Below, in pieces: positions 26,849 through 36,500 of a stretch of DNA of 64,000 nt; positions within the stretch are counted from its first letter, which is position 1, and each line of letters opens with the position of its first letter. This DNA comes from a virus. The notes under the pieces are model-generated. The model did not search any database, was not told where the DNA came from, and was given only the letters and a program-made list of their open reading frames with translations. The stretch is from IMG/VR virus record IMGVR_UViG_3300029928_000198, one strand, 5' to 3'. Both the position numbers and the translations under genes were made by a program.

Positions 26849-27614
26849 GGAAGTTCATCTCCTGAAGGTACATTTCCATGATGGCATCAGGACCCAATCT
26901 GCACAAAGACTCATCTAGCCTTATTCTCCGGAATGTATCGGAGCGCATGAATTGAGTCAAAGCGTCGTTCTGTGAGATTCCGAATCTTTCGACCAACATC
27001 AATGATATATCTGCTGCAATGTCACCGGGGTCTGGTTCGAATACTACCATGTGATCGCTTGCCTCCACGCTATCGATGAATTCAACGAATCTTAAACTTT
27101 CGCTATTCCCAAACGCAATCTGCAAGCCAATCTTCTTCGGATTTAATTTGTAAATCATTTCCATTTTGATGTCGTCTGGAAGTTCCGACATGGGAATGCC
27201 CATATTTTCGGCCAACTTCTGGTAATCACTAATGATTTTTCCAGTATTGCCATCCATTATATCGCCGATGATCATGTCGTACGGGTTGACCCCGCCGTTC
27301 TCATAAATCTGCAAAATCATGTTCAACCATTCAAGGGGGCTGTCCAATTCTATCATTTGAATATCTGGATCACGTCTGGCGTCACCTGCATGAAAGATGT
27401 ATGAATTGACATATCCTCCACGCTTATGGGACCAAACATCAGATAAACCGTGGCTGAAACTGAAATAAGCCGATTTACCGAAATCTGATTCTCTACGTGC
27501 TAATGAAAATTTGAACTTTTTCGGCCTGACATTCTTCGGTCCACCATGGAATATCGGAATATCATCCAGTTCATGCCTGAATCTACCACGATAATTCCTT
27601 GATAGCCATTTCAT
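26841..27614 (-). CDS. DUF3990-like (ADP-ribosyltransferase-fold) protein with C-terminal DUF3791-like region
   Basis: FHGG...DFGKSAY...W....G.VNSY.F...EWL..I...YDMIIGDIMD; AT-rich segment. Confidence 0.75.
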   Translation of the reverse strand: MKWLSRNYRGRFRHELDDIPIFHGGPKNVRPKKFKFSLARRESDFGKSAYFSFSHGLSDVWSHKRGGYVNSYIFHAGDARRDPDIQMIELDSPLEWLNMILQIYENGGVNPYDMIIGDIMDGNTGKIISDYQKLAENMGIPMSELPDDIKMEMIYKLNPKKIGLQIAFGNSESLRFVEFIDSVEASDHMVVFEPDPGDIAADISLMLVERFGISQNDALTQFMRSDTFRRIRLDESLCRLGPDAIMEMYLQEMNFRG

Positions 27615-27665
27615 TTAAATCGGATTACTTATCGTCATTCGGCTATTTCTATCCGGTTATAGCAA

Positions 27666-27694
27666 AAATGAAGGAAAAAGGGGCTATCGACCCC
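27666..27694 (-). terminator. Hairpin plus T-tract terminator
   Basis: Minus strand GGGGTCGATAGCCCC then TTTTTCCTTCATTTTTG. Confidence 0.6.
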
Positions 27695-27702
27695 ATTTGG
27701 TT

Positions 27703-28017
27703 TTAAGCGGAATCCTGCTCGAACCAGCGATCGAGCGGGGTTATCTTCATGTCGCAGGAAATGGCGTCCTTGACCTGCTCGTATCCGTATCCGGACATCT
27801 TCTGCTGCATGAACTGGAACGATTCGATCATGCCCATCTTCTGCTCCTCGCGGAGGTCCTTGATGCTGGTTGCCAGCCAGAAGACGGCGACGTTCATGAG
27901 TTCGGTCTTGGTGTATCCGGGGGTGACGATGGAGATCTGATCGAGGATGGCCCTAGACCTCTCGGACATCGGATACGTGCGCTGGGTTAGACCCGTGTTG
28001 GTGTTGGAACGAGTCAT
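27703..28017 (-). CDS. Ribbon-helix-helix-like regulator
   Basis: RTYPMSERSRAILDQIS...GYTKTELMNVAV. Confidence 0.55.
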   Translation of the reverse strand: MTRSNTNTGLTQRTYPMSERSRAILDQISIVTPGYTKTELMNVAVFWLATSIKDLREEQKMGMIESFQFMQQKMSGYGYEQVKDAISCDMKITPLDRWFEQDSA

Positions 28018-28020
28018 CCC

Positions 28021-28452
28021 TCATCCACCTCCGAGAAATCCTCTATCGCAGCCACCGACTGGGGGCGTCCCATCGATGCCAGCATCTCCCTGAACCTCCT
28101 CTCCGATTCGCTCATCGCCGGTCACCATCCCTGCAAGGCGATAAACACGGAACTCAGGTCCGGATTCGTAGTTGACGATGCCTTTCGAATTCAGTCTGTT
28201 CAATGCCCCCACGAGCTGCTGGCGGGTTGCGCGGGGGAAAACGGCCCTCATCTCGGAAACCATGTGTCCAGAGCCGTCCTTCATGTATGAAACGATCGAG
28301 CTGTCCAGCTTTCTGTTGCGTGACGAAAGGCCGCGGCTGGCCCTTCTCGGTTCTTGGCTTACATCTGTCAAGTTCAGGTCGCTGTTGCATGTAGCGGAAA
28401 TCATCGTGACCCAGTCCGGGGCGGCGGCGCGGACAGTAGGGGACGCCACCAT
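28021..28452 (-). CDS. Winged-helix DNA-binding protein (start uncertain)
   Basis: TRQQLVGALNRLNSKGIV...RVYRL. Confidence 0.55.
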   Translation of the reverse strand: MVASPTVRAAAPDWVTMISATCNSDLNLTDVSQEPRRASRGLSSRNRKLDSSIVSYMKDGSGHMVSEMRAVFPRATRQQLVGALNRLNSKGIVNYESGPEFRVYRLAGMVTGDERIGEEVQGDAGIDGTPPVGGCDRGFLGGG

Positions 28453-28516
28453 CCCCGGAGTAAGTGATTTTTCCCGACCGTATTAATACAGTCGGGAAGA
28501 TGGAACAGGCTGGCAA

Positions 28517-28714
28517 TCAGAGGTCACGTCCCGTGGACTCCCTCGCGACGGAATTGTTCCAGCAAATCTTCGCTTCGTCCTCGGTGTTTCCAAGTGCAAG
28601 TATCCCCCTGCAATCCATGCAGGTGACCCCGAAGAGGCTGTGGGACGATTCCACCGCGTAGCATGTAGGGGCCTTGCGGCAATGGGGACAGAGGGTCAGG
28701 CGTATCGATGTCAT
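28517..28714 (-). CDS. Lar-like (restriction alleviation) Zn-ribbon protein
   Basis: LTLCPHC...VTCMDC...TEDEAKICWN. Confidence 0.6.
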   Translation of the reverse strand: MTSIRLTLCPHCRKAPTCYAVESSHSLFGVTCMDCRGILALGNTEDEAKICWNNSVARESTGRDL

Positions 28715-28757
28715 GAGGGGACCCCCGATGCGGCATCGGCCATATGAAGGGAACCGT

Positions 28758-29003
28758 TCATTCGGCGCACCCCCTGCCGATCACCTTGGCCGTGGTGTAC
28801 GGGGTGCGCTTCCTGAGGGTCGGATTCACTCCGGTAACGGTCGTCAGGACGACGTGCGCGCTGCTGACCGCTATGCCGTCGCATCCCCCGCTGACCATCT
28901 CTCCTGATGACTTGCGGGCATCCTCCGGCGTGGCGCAGTCCTTGACCACCAGAAGCCCGTTGTCCAGATACATGGTAAGACGGTAGAACTCCCAGTCGGT
29001 CAT
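28758..29003 (-). CDS. Hypothetical protein
   Basis: GAGGTGG RBS, ATGA coupling. Confidence 0.6.
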   Translation of the reverse strand: MTDWEFYRLTMYLDNGLLVVKDCATPEDARKSSGEMVSGGCDGIAVSSAHVVLTTVTGVNPTLRKRTPYTTAKVIGRGCAE

Positions 29004-30157
29004 AGGACCACCTCAACCGAGGACATGTCGGGCGCGAACTCCGCCTTCAGGTACGTCACGGATGTGAAGCGGCTCACGGATTCGAGCTTGGGGATGGTCA
29101 GCGTGTAGTTGCTGCATTCGACGCCCCCGTTCTCGTCCGGAGCTATCCTGATGCGCCTCATATCGCCCGACATCAGGACCCTGTAGCGGTCGGCCACGAA
29201 CCAGTCCGAGCTGATCGTGTGCTCGGAGTCCCTGCGGACGGTAACGCCGGGGCGGAAGACCTGCATGTATGCCGGCAATGACGCTTCTGGGTGGACGGCG
29301 GTCCTCCTGAACTCGGCCAGCTTCCTGCTCAGCGCGTCGATCAGACGCTCCTTCCCCTCCATCTCCTCCGCCTTGCTCTTCAACGCGGAATCCCTCTCCT
29401 CCAATGCAACGGCAAGGGACTTCCGCGATTCCTCCAGCTTCGCTTCCAGCTCCTTCTTCTCCGATTCGCCGGCCGAAGCCATGTCGGAGATCGTCCTGCC
29501 AAGCTCCGAAACCTGCTCCTCCATGCTCTTCCTGACGCCCTCCATCTCGGCGACCTTGGCTTCGGATTCCGTCAATGCCTTCCTCAGCACCTCGACCTCT
29601 TCCCTGTTGGGTTTGACGGACTTCTGGGCCAGCTTCTCCCTGAGCTTCGCTATGTCCGCATCCTTCTGGCGTATGGTGGCGTTGGCGTTGTCCAGCTTCT
29701 GCTTGTACATCGCGGCGACATTGTTCATCTCGCAGTTCATCTGCAAAAGCATCCCGCTCTTGGTCAGCGTCTCGCATAGCTCGGGGGAACACTTCATGAG
29801 GGCGTTGGCCAGCTCTATCGACGGCTTCCCGCCCTTCATGAAGATCCTCTTCAGGAACTCGAAGCGATCGGGAACCGACATCTCCAGAAAGAACTCCGCC
29901 CCGACCTTCTCTATCGGTATGGCGAAGTAGCAGTTCGATTCGATGCGCTTGTCCTTCAGGCGGACGAAGTAGGTCTCCCCGGGCTGGATGCTGACATCTG
30001 ACTGGCGGTCAACGTAGACCGTGACGCCCGAGTACGTGCTCTTCACGGAGCCGCTGCTGTCGCGGACGAAGGTGAGCGGGACGGCTGATGCCAGAGAAAC
30101 GACGGCGGGATCCCTCCTGTCGAATTCGACCTTGGGGCTTTCGGCCTTCGAGGTCAT
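29000..30157 (-). CDS. Coiled-coil protein with small beta domains at both ends
   Basis: Central E/K/L heptad region of about 150 aa. Confidence 0.75.
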   Translation of the reverse strand: MTSKAESPKVEFDRRDPAVVSLASAVPLTFVRDSSGSVKSTYSGVTVYVDRQSDVSIQPGETYFVRLKDKRIESNCYFAIPIEKVGAEFFLEMSVPDRFEFLKRIFMKGGKPSIELANALMKCSPELCETLTKSGMLLQMNCEMNNVAAMYKQKLDNANATIRQKDADIAKLREKLAQKSVKPNREEVEVLRKALTESEAKVAEMEGVRKSMEEQVSELGRTISDMASAGESEKKELEAKLEESRKSLAVALEERDSALKSKAEEMEGKERLIDALSRKLAEFRRTAVHPEASLPAYMQVFRPGVTVRRDSEHTISSDWFVADRYRVLMSGDMRRIRIAPDENGGVECSNYTLTIPKLESVSRFTSVTYLKAEFAPDMSSVEVVL

Positions 30158-30882
30158 GCAGCTGCCTCCGCCGCATCCTCGGATGTGATGGAAACGATGA
30201 ACGCATCATCGAGGATCGTCACCCTGTCGGCGACCCTGCGCATCTGGACGGCCAGCGAACGCTCGTAGGACATGATCTCGATCCTCTTTCCCAGAGCGCG
30301 GACGTACTCGATGGCCGGGATGAAGTCCCTGTCGCCCGAGATGATGACCGCCGTATCGTAGGAATCGTCCACGGCTCCGGCCATGAGCCGTGCGGCCAAG
30401 GCGACATCCACCTCCTTCTGATGCTCGGTATCGAAGATTTCCCTCAAATCCAGCCCCCAGCCGCTGTGCATCAACACATCGTGGAACGGCTTGGTGGTAT
30501 CCCGCTCTGCCGTGTATATGCGCCCGTCGAAGGCGGTGGCCTCCACCAGATGGCGTCCTGAAACGGCGACGTTCTTCAGCTCCGCGTAGTCGATGAGGAA
30601 TCCGCGCCTGCGGACCTCTTCGAGAACGTTGCGGACATCCAAGAACACGGAAACACGCTCCATATGCGTCCTTCCGGCCATCTCCAGCTCGGCCTTCAGG
30701 GACTCGTTCTCCTCGCGGAGCCTCACGATCTCCTCGGATTCCCCTCCGTCCAGAAACGTTCCGACGATCTCCCTCAGCGCGGCCGCTCTGGACGAGAACC
30801 TTCCGCTCCTGACCATCTCATCTATGGCTTGGGACTGGGCGGAGGTTATGCCGCTCGAAAGGATGCTGGTGCTCTGGTCCAT
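30154..30882 (-). CDS. RHH-coiled coil-NYN (LabA/DUF88, PIN-fold) fusion
   Basis: Start MDQSTS after GGAGG; AIDEMVRSGRFSSRAAALREIV (RHH); VFLDVRN...QKEVDVALA..L...YDTAVIISGDRDFIPAI (NYN). Confidence 0.85.
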   Translation of the reverse strand: MDQSTSILSSGITSAQSQAIDEMVRSGRFSSRAAALREIVGTFLDGGESEEIVRLREENESLKAELEMAGRTHMERVSVFLDVRNVLEEVRRRGFLIDYAELKNVAVSGRHLVEATAFDGRIYTAERDTTKPFHDVLMHSGWGLDLREIFDTEHQKEVDVALAARLMAGAVDDSYDTAVIISGDRDFIPAIEYVRALGKRIEIMSYERSLAVQMRRVADRVTILDDAFIVSITSEDAAEAAA

Positions 30883-31106
30883 GCTCGGTCCTCCGACGGC
30901 GCGTCGGAATCTGGCAATGTGATCCTGATGTCCACATCGTCGCCCTCCTTCAGATCCATCTTCGCCAAGTACTGTCCGGGAACCGTCACATAATACGACG
31001 ATCCGTTCTTGCGGATGGTACCGGGGAACTGTATCCTCGTGCGCAAGCACTCACCTCCGTTGATCTCGGCGTTATCCGCCGATTTCTCGCTTCTTTCGTT
31101 CTTCAT
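30846..31106 (-). CDS. AbrB/MazE/SpoVT-type DNA-binding protein
   Basis: IRKNGSSYYVTVP...KMDLKEGDDVDI. Confidence 0.8.
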   Translation of the reverse strand: MKNERSEKSADNAEINGGECLRTRIQFPGTIRKNGSSYYVTVPGQYLAKMDLKEGDDVDIRITLPDSDAPSEDRAWTRAPASFRAA

Positions 31107-31594
31107 CTGTGTGCCTCCCATTTTGGGATATGTGGTGTTCAGACCCGATGGGTCAGACGAAGAACGTACATCCTAATATTTAACGAATACCAAAATTCAA
31201 CTTTAGTTGAATAGTATTGAATCGTTCAAAGATTCAACAAACTGGGATTTTTATACGTTCCTAAAGATAGTCAAAAGCCCTGCCAGATTGCTGTGTGAAT
31301 GTGGTGTTCGTCGAATCTGGCGGGGTTCCGGTCAACAGAGGACCTTATCGACCCAAGGGCATCTGTCGCCTATGCTGAAGAACGCCACCGGGTCGGATTC
31401 CACCGACAGCACGGAGCCGTCGCACATGGAAAGGGAAAGACAATGCTCCGAAAGTGTAAGGCCCATGACGGAATCCATGCGATACGAGCGATCGCCGCAA
31501 TGGATCCTGTTACCGACTATTGCCGCTTTCTGCATGATTGTACAGTTTGGTGCGGTTTTATAAATGTTTTCCTATAAAGGACAATTTATCACAA

Positions 31595-31699
31595 AAAGGA
31601 AAAGACGGAAGCAACGAAGATAATGGGGTCCCCGTGCGGAACACGGGGTCTTGCCGGCTCGACACGGCAAGATAGGTTAGGACCATTGGATTGCTTCCG
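31595..31699 (-). ncRNA. Candidate small RNA C (about 100 nt): paired ends, two apical hairpins, U-tail
   Basis: CGGAAGCAA/UUGCUUCCG closing stem (31691-99/31606-14); 8-bp and 7-bp hairpins; 5' end about 23 nt from TATA at 31722-29; UUUUCCUUUUU tail. Confidence 0.6.
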
Positions 31700-31715
31700 G
31701 AAGGCTATTGCCTCC

Positions 31716-31741
31716 GGACTCTATTTAAGAACCGTGGCGAT
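31716..31741 (-). promoter_or_regulatory. sRNA promoter, direct repeat copy 1
   Basis: GGACTCTATTTAAGAACCGTGGCGAT, 24/26 identical to 31986-32011. Confidence 0.65.
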
Positions 31742-31742
31742 T

Positions 31743-31796
31743 GACCGCGCGGCCATTCAATAAGGGACGACCGCGCGGAATGACAAACATCGTCCC
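31743..31796 (-). ncRNA. Candidate small RNA B (about 35-55 nt)
   Basis: Starts GGGACGA 23 nt after TATA at 31819-26 and pairs with UCGUCCC; two CCGCGCGG palindromes give an alternative fold. Confidence 0.45.
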
Positions 31797-31836
31797 GATT
31801 TACAATCGGGCATCGGATTATTTAAGGATTCTATCA

Positions 31837-31968
31837 AAATTGTGATTCGTGGCCGGACAGCGTCCCATCCTCGTGATGCCGGCCACTGCGATCCGCGATT
31901 GGACAAGAAGGTGCTGCGCACGCACGACAGGTGGTCCAATGCGCAGCGTGTGTCCATGGACACGGACC
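31837..31968 (-). ncRNA. Candidate small RNA A (about 130 nt), pseudoknot-capable, complementary to the junction motif
   Basis: 5' end about 24 nt after TATA at 31992-99; GUGUCCAUGGACAC palindrome; crossing stems GCUGCGCA/UGCGCAGC and AUUGGAC/GUCCAAU; GUGGCCGG/CCGGCCAC hairpin then UUUU. Confidence 0.6.
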
Positions 31969-31985
31969 GAATCCTCAGTTCCCGA

Positions 31986-32011
31986 GGACTCTATTTAAGC
32001 ACCATGGCGAT
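31986..32011 (-). promoter_or_regulatory. sRNA promoter, direct repeat copy 2
   Basis: GGACTCTATTTAAGCACCATGGCGAT. Confidence 0.65.
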
Positions 32012-32034
32012 GGGCCTGCTGGACTTCCCGCTCG

Positions 32035-32127
32035 TCACTTGTTCCTCCTCTCATGGTAGATCGTGTAGACGAAAACCCCGAACGTCAATACCGTCATGAA
32101 CACGGTCAGCATGACCATCAGATACAT
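32035..32127 (-). CDS. 30-aa single-TM peptide
   Basis: Below the ORF-track cutoff: MYLMVMLTVFMTVLTFGVFVYTIYHERRNK; GGAGGTGG RBS. Confidence 0.6.
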   Translation of the reverse strand: MYLMVMLTVFMTVLTFGVFVYTIYHERRNK

Positions 32128-32624
32128 CGGACCACCTCCACTTCCCAGAAAGGATGCGACCTCGGCGACTCACCGGCGACCCAGCAGACATCGCGGTTCT
32201 CCCCGAACGTCGGTTCCAGATCGACCTTCACCGCCTTCAGATTCGACCTGCTCACCGATTGGTCCGACGCATACCGCGATTTGGCCGACTCCTCGGAGAA
32301 GAGCTTCGCATCGAAGTAGAACACCGAATCCCCCTCGCTGCTGTACATGATGGGATTCGCAGTGCTGATCGGCTTCCACCCCACGGTCAGAGCGGAACCC
32401 GGGGTGAAGAAGTCGGAACCCGGCGGGATGCCGCGCGTCCACATCCCGTCGTCGTTGACGAATCCCACGGAATCGGTTCTGGTCCTTCCCAGACGGTACA
32501 GCTTCGCGCTGAATCCGCAGCGTTTCTCCTGAAGCAGATTGAACGCCCGAACCCTAGCGTCCCTTATCAGGTCGCATTCGGCCAGCGCATGGGTCCCGTC
32601 GGGGAATTCCACGAAGTAAGGCAT
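32118..32624 (-). CDS. Hypothetical protein
   Basis: Start moved to MPYFVEF. Confidence 0.65.
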   Translation of the reverse strand: MPYFVEFPDGTHALAECDLIRDARVRAFNLLQEKRCGFSAKLYRLGRTRTDSVGFVNDDGMWTRGIPPGSDFFTPGSALTVGWKPISTANPIMYSSEGDSVFYFDAKLFSEESAKSRYASDQSVSRSNLKAVKVDLEPTFGENRDVCWVAGESPRSHPFWEVEVVRCI

Positions 32625-32983
32625 CGGTCTTCGCCTCCGGAGGACATCTCGTCCCTCCAAGCCAGCATGGCTTCGAAGGGCGTATCTCCGATCTTCGAGG
32701 ACGCCTTGCACTTCGGACAGATGAAGCAGTACCCCTTGCCGCTGGGAATCCTTTCGGTTCCGAGTACGGGTGAAACCTTGCACCTCCTGCATTCGGCCAT
32801 CGGCCAAGGTATTTCCTTCGGGTCCTCCGCCCACAATCCGGCCGCCTTGCGGAGATTCTGGGCCGATACGGTCCGATGGCATCTCGTGCAGGTCATCCTG
32901 CATCCCGATGCGACATCCAGAGTCATGCGCGACGACCCGCAGTACCTGCAGCACGAGATCTCCGTCATCGGAGGGTCCCCCAT
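32567..32983 (-). CDS. Protein with two Lar-like Zn ribbons
   Basis: CRYC..CTRC..AAGLW and CRRC..CPKC..EAMLAW. Confidence 0.6.
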   Translation of the reverse strand: MGDPPMTEISCCRYCGSSRMTLDVASGCRMTCTRCHRTVSAQNLRKAAGLWAEDPKEIPWPMAECRRCKVSPVLGTERIPSGKGYCFICPKCKASSKIGDTPFEAMLAWRDEMSSGGEDRCLTSWNSPTGPMRWPNAT

Positions 32984-33324
32984 CTTCTCTCCAAGGCATC
33001 GGCCAGAACCTCGACATGCTCCTTCGGGACATCCATCTTAACCATGGAGCCGTCCGACGATATGCTGGCCACGACCATCCCGTAATCCGACGGGGAAACG
33101 GTCCACGACCGGGTTCCGTTTCCGAACTCGTGGACCCCTTCGCCGTCCTCGATGACGCGCATCATTCCCACGATGTCGGAGATCTGGAGCGATGAGGACG
33201 CATTGATGCAGATTCCGTTGTACAAGCTGCTCAGGTGTATCGCGGCCGAATCGAACTGATCGTCGTAGACAATCCTCAGGTCATCGTCCGTTCCCGCGTA
33301 ATGCCATACATCGACCGTCGCCAT
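32965..33324 (-). CDS. Hypothetical protein
   Basis: AGGAGG RBS; first gene of the operon. Confidence 0.7.
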   Translation of the reverse strand: MATVDVWHYAGTDDDLRIVYDDQFDSAAIHLSSLYNGICINASSSLQISDIVGMMRVIEDGEGVHEFGNGTRSWTVSPSDYGMVVASISSDGSMVKMDVPKEHVEVLADALERRWGTLR

Positions 33325-33424
33325 GCGACCGCCCTCCTGATCCGATTCCGTATTCCATTCAGAACCTCCTTCAAGGATGTTCTGACGACGCGGACGGTTG
33401 ATAAGCGATTCAAAAACCAGAGAT

Positions 33425-33452
33425 GCAAGGAATAGTTGAGCTTAAATATCGA
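33425..33452. promoter_or_regulatory. Variant of the CAAGGAAT-TATA motif
   Basis: GCAAGGAATAGTTGAGCTTAAATATCGA (spacer 1 nt shorter). Confidence 0.4.
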
Positions 33453-33507
33453 ATCCGTACGGATTTTGAGTTGATAGCCGCCCCCATTCGGGGGCGTAAG
33501 GTGTTTA

Positions 33508-36500
33508 TCAGAACAGACCGAGCAGGCGGGCCGCCAAGATGAGAACTATCGCGATCACGGCAATCGCGGCAATCGCCTTGATGATGCCCGACATGTCCGA
33601 GGACTCCTCCGATTCCTCGATCGTCACCGAAACCGTATCGGAATGAACCCTGTCGTTCGCGCTGTAGACGGTCAGCTTGACCACGTAGGTTCCGGATTCG
33701 GAGTAGGTGTGCTCGCCCTTGACGTCCCAAGACGATGTGCCGTCTCCGAACGTCCAGAGGACCTTCGCATAACCTCCCGACTCCGAGGCGTCGTAGCTTA
33801 TGGTCTTCCCTTTCACATCGACCTCGGGAACGGCCTTCAGGGTCCCCTCCTTCTCCCAGTAGGCGTACAGGGTGTACTTGCCGTCATCGCCGTAGTACAC
33901 CGTTACGATCTCGCCCGGCTGATGGAGAACCGGCTTGACAAGGCTCTCCGTCCATCCGACGAACGTGTATCCTTCGCGGACCGGCTTTCCCTCAGGAAGC
34001 AGGAAATTGACCGAGCCTTCGGACGATGCCTGCGGCTCCACGGTCGGCGCATCCTTCCCGCCGTTGGGGTCCAGAATCAAGGTGAAGACTCTGGAGTTCT
34101 CTCCCTCCGCCCAAACCGCATATATCGTCCTGACGCCATCCACGCTGTTCTTCGCGGTCACGAAGACGTACGATCCAGCAGTATAGTTCACACCGTCGCC
34201 ATCTTTATGGTCGGACCATCCTAGGAAGGTGAATCCCTTGCGGGTGGGCTTCTCCGTCGGAACCTCGAACTTCGCCGAGTCCCCATAGGTCTTCACCGGA
34301 TTGGCAACGGGGCCGCCCTCCCCTCCGTTGGGGTCGTAGATCAGTCTGAATGTCAGTTCGATGTGAAGCCTCTCCCATACGGCGTAAAGATATGTGGTTC
34401 CGGGTCTCTCTGCCTTGAACTTCGAACCGGGCTGATAATCGGCTGCTCCATCCTCAGCGGTCGCCCAACCCTTGAACCCGTATCCCTCCTTCACGGGAAT
34501 GTCCGCAGGTATCGTGAACTCGTGACCGTCCAATCCGCCGTTCTCGACGAGATCGGACGGCCCGTCGGTACCGTCTATCAGCTTGAATGAAAGCCTGTAC
34601 TCGGTATCGCCCTGCCATACGGCATAGAGCGTCGTTTTCTGAAGGGATGCCTTGTATGAATCCCCGGGCTGATAGGTTGCATCTCCGCCCTTCTCGTCAG
34701 CCCATCCAGCGAAGGAGTATCCCTCCTTCACGGGTATGTCCGCAGGGATCGTGAAGGTGTACTGGCCCCTAGACTTTCCGCTCTGAGGGGTGGGTCCGTT
34801 GGAACCGCCCATGAGGTCGAAGTTCAGCGTGTATGTCACTTCTGGATCGTTCGACCATTTGGCGTAGAGCGTGGTCGTACCGGGCTTCAGGACGATGGAA
34901 TCGCCCGGCTGGTAGGCGACCTTGCCGTTCGGCTCGGTTGCCCACCCTTGGAAGAGTCCTTCTTCGCTCTTCGGGATGCCTGCCGGAACGGTCGTCTTGT
35001 ACTCTCCGCGTCCATAGAACGGACCGATGGCGGAAGGTCCGTCGGTGCCGCCCATGAGGTTGAAGTTCAGGAAGAAGGAATCCTTCGGAGTCTCCTTCCA
35101 TACTGCATGGAGCGTGCTCGTGGGGGACGAGGTCGTGAACTCGCCGCCTGCTGCGATGGATGCTTCGGTCGCGCTCTTGCTCGTGGACCATCCGAGGAAC
35201 ACATGGTCCTCCCAGACGGGTGCATCGTCGGGTATGGCGAACGTATGCGAATATCCGGGGGCCTCCTCGGTGATGGAAGAAGGCTCTCCGGTACCGCCGT
35301 TGGCGTCGAAGTTCAGCGTCCAAGTCTTCTTGTCATCTACCCAGACGGCATAGATGATCGGATTCCTCTCTGAGGTCACGATCGTGGAACCGCCCTTGTA
35401 CTCGGCAATGCCGGACGCATCGGGGTTCTTCGACCAGCCTACGAACAGGCATCCCTCTCTGACCGGAATCTGCGTAGAAACGATGAACGTGCAGGTCTCA
35501 TAGCCCTGCTTGGTGACCGGCTCGGGAACATTCGTCGCATCGGACGCATTACCGTTGTAGGTCAGCATGTACGTAACGGACCTCATGCTCCATACGGCGA
35601 AGAGTTCGGTGGTCGTGGATTTCAGCACGACGTTTGCTTCGCCCTTGGAATAAAGTGGCTGGCTGCTGTCGCTCCTGTCCGACCAGCCGAGGAAGTCGTA
35701 TCCGTCCCTGACGGGTTCCTTGGTGCTCAGGGTGACAGAGGCCTCCTTGCCCTCATCGACGGTGACCGTCTGCTTCTCGGGCGCGTCCTTGCCGCCGTTG
35801 GCGTTGTAGATCAGGGTGTAGGTGATCTTGGCGACATTCTTGGTCCATACGGCGTACAGCGTCGCGCTGTCGCATGTGAACTTACCTCCGGGGCTGTACT
35901 CGACATCCCCGTTGTAGGATGTGGACCATCCCGCGAACGTGTATCCGTCCTTCGTCGGGATGAAATCGGACGGTATGGTGAACGTGTAGCCTCCCGAAGA
36001 GCCGTAGCCTGTCAGCGTCCTGTTCTCCCCGTTCCCGCCGTTGACGTTCAGGATGAGCACGTAGCTCACCTGCTTCCAGACGGCGTAGAGGGTCTTGGTT
36101 CCGGGGGAAAGGGTGATCTTGTCACCTGCGAAGTACCTGACGGTGTCGGTTCCTGCGGATTCGCCCCATCCTCTGAAGTCGAATCCGGCCTTCTTGGGTG
36201 CTCCCTCGGGTATCTCCGTCTCGTAGCTGCGCTTCTCGCTCTTGAAATGTATGTCGCCCGGACCGTCGGTTCCGCCGTCCAGATCGAATTCGAGATTGAA
36301 CTCGTACTCGGTGACGGTCTCCTTCCATACGGCGTAGAGCGTGGTGGGCGTCGAATAGATCGTTATGGAGCCTCCGGGCTGGAACGAGGCCGTAGAGGAC
36401 CCGGACGTCTTGGTCCATCCGAGGAATTCGTATCCCTCCCTGACAGGCTTCGTGCTGCTGATCGTGAAGGTCGCCGAAGCCGCTCCCGAGGTCACCAGCT

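Noticed and set aside
31606-31699. Multi-stem RNA C as a tRNA
   Set aside because: No canonical T-loop, D-loop or 7-nt anticodon loop, and no acceptor-stem geometry.
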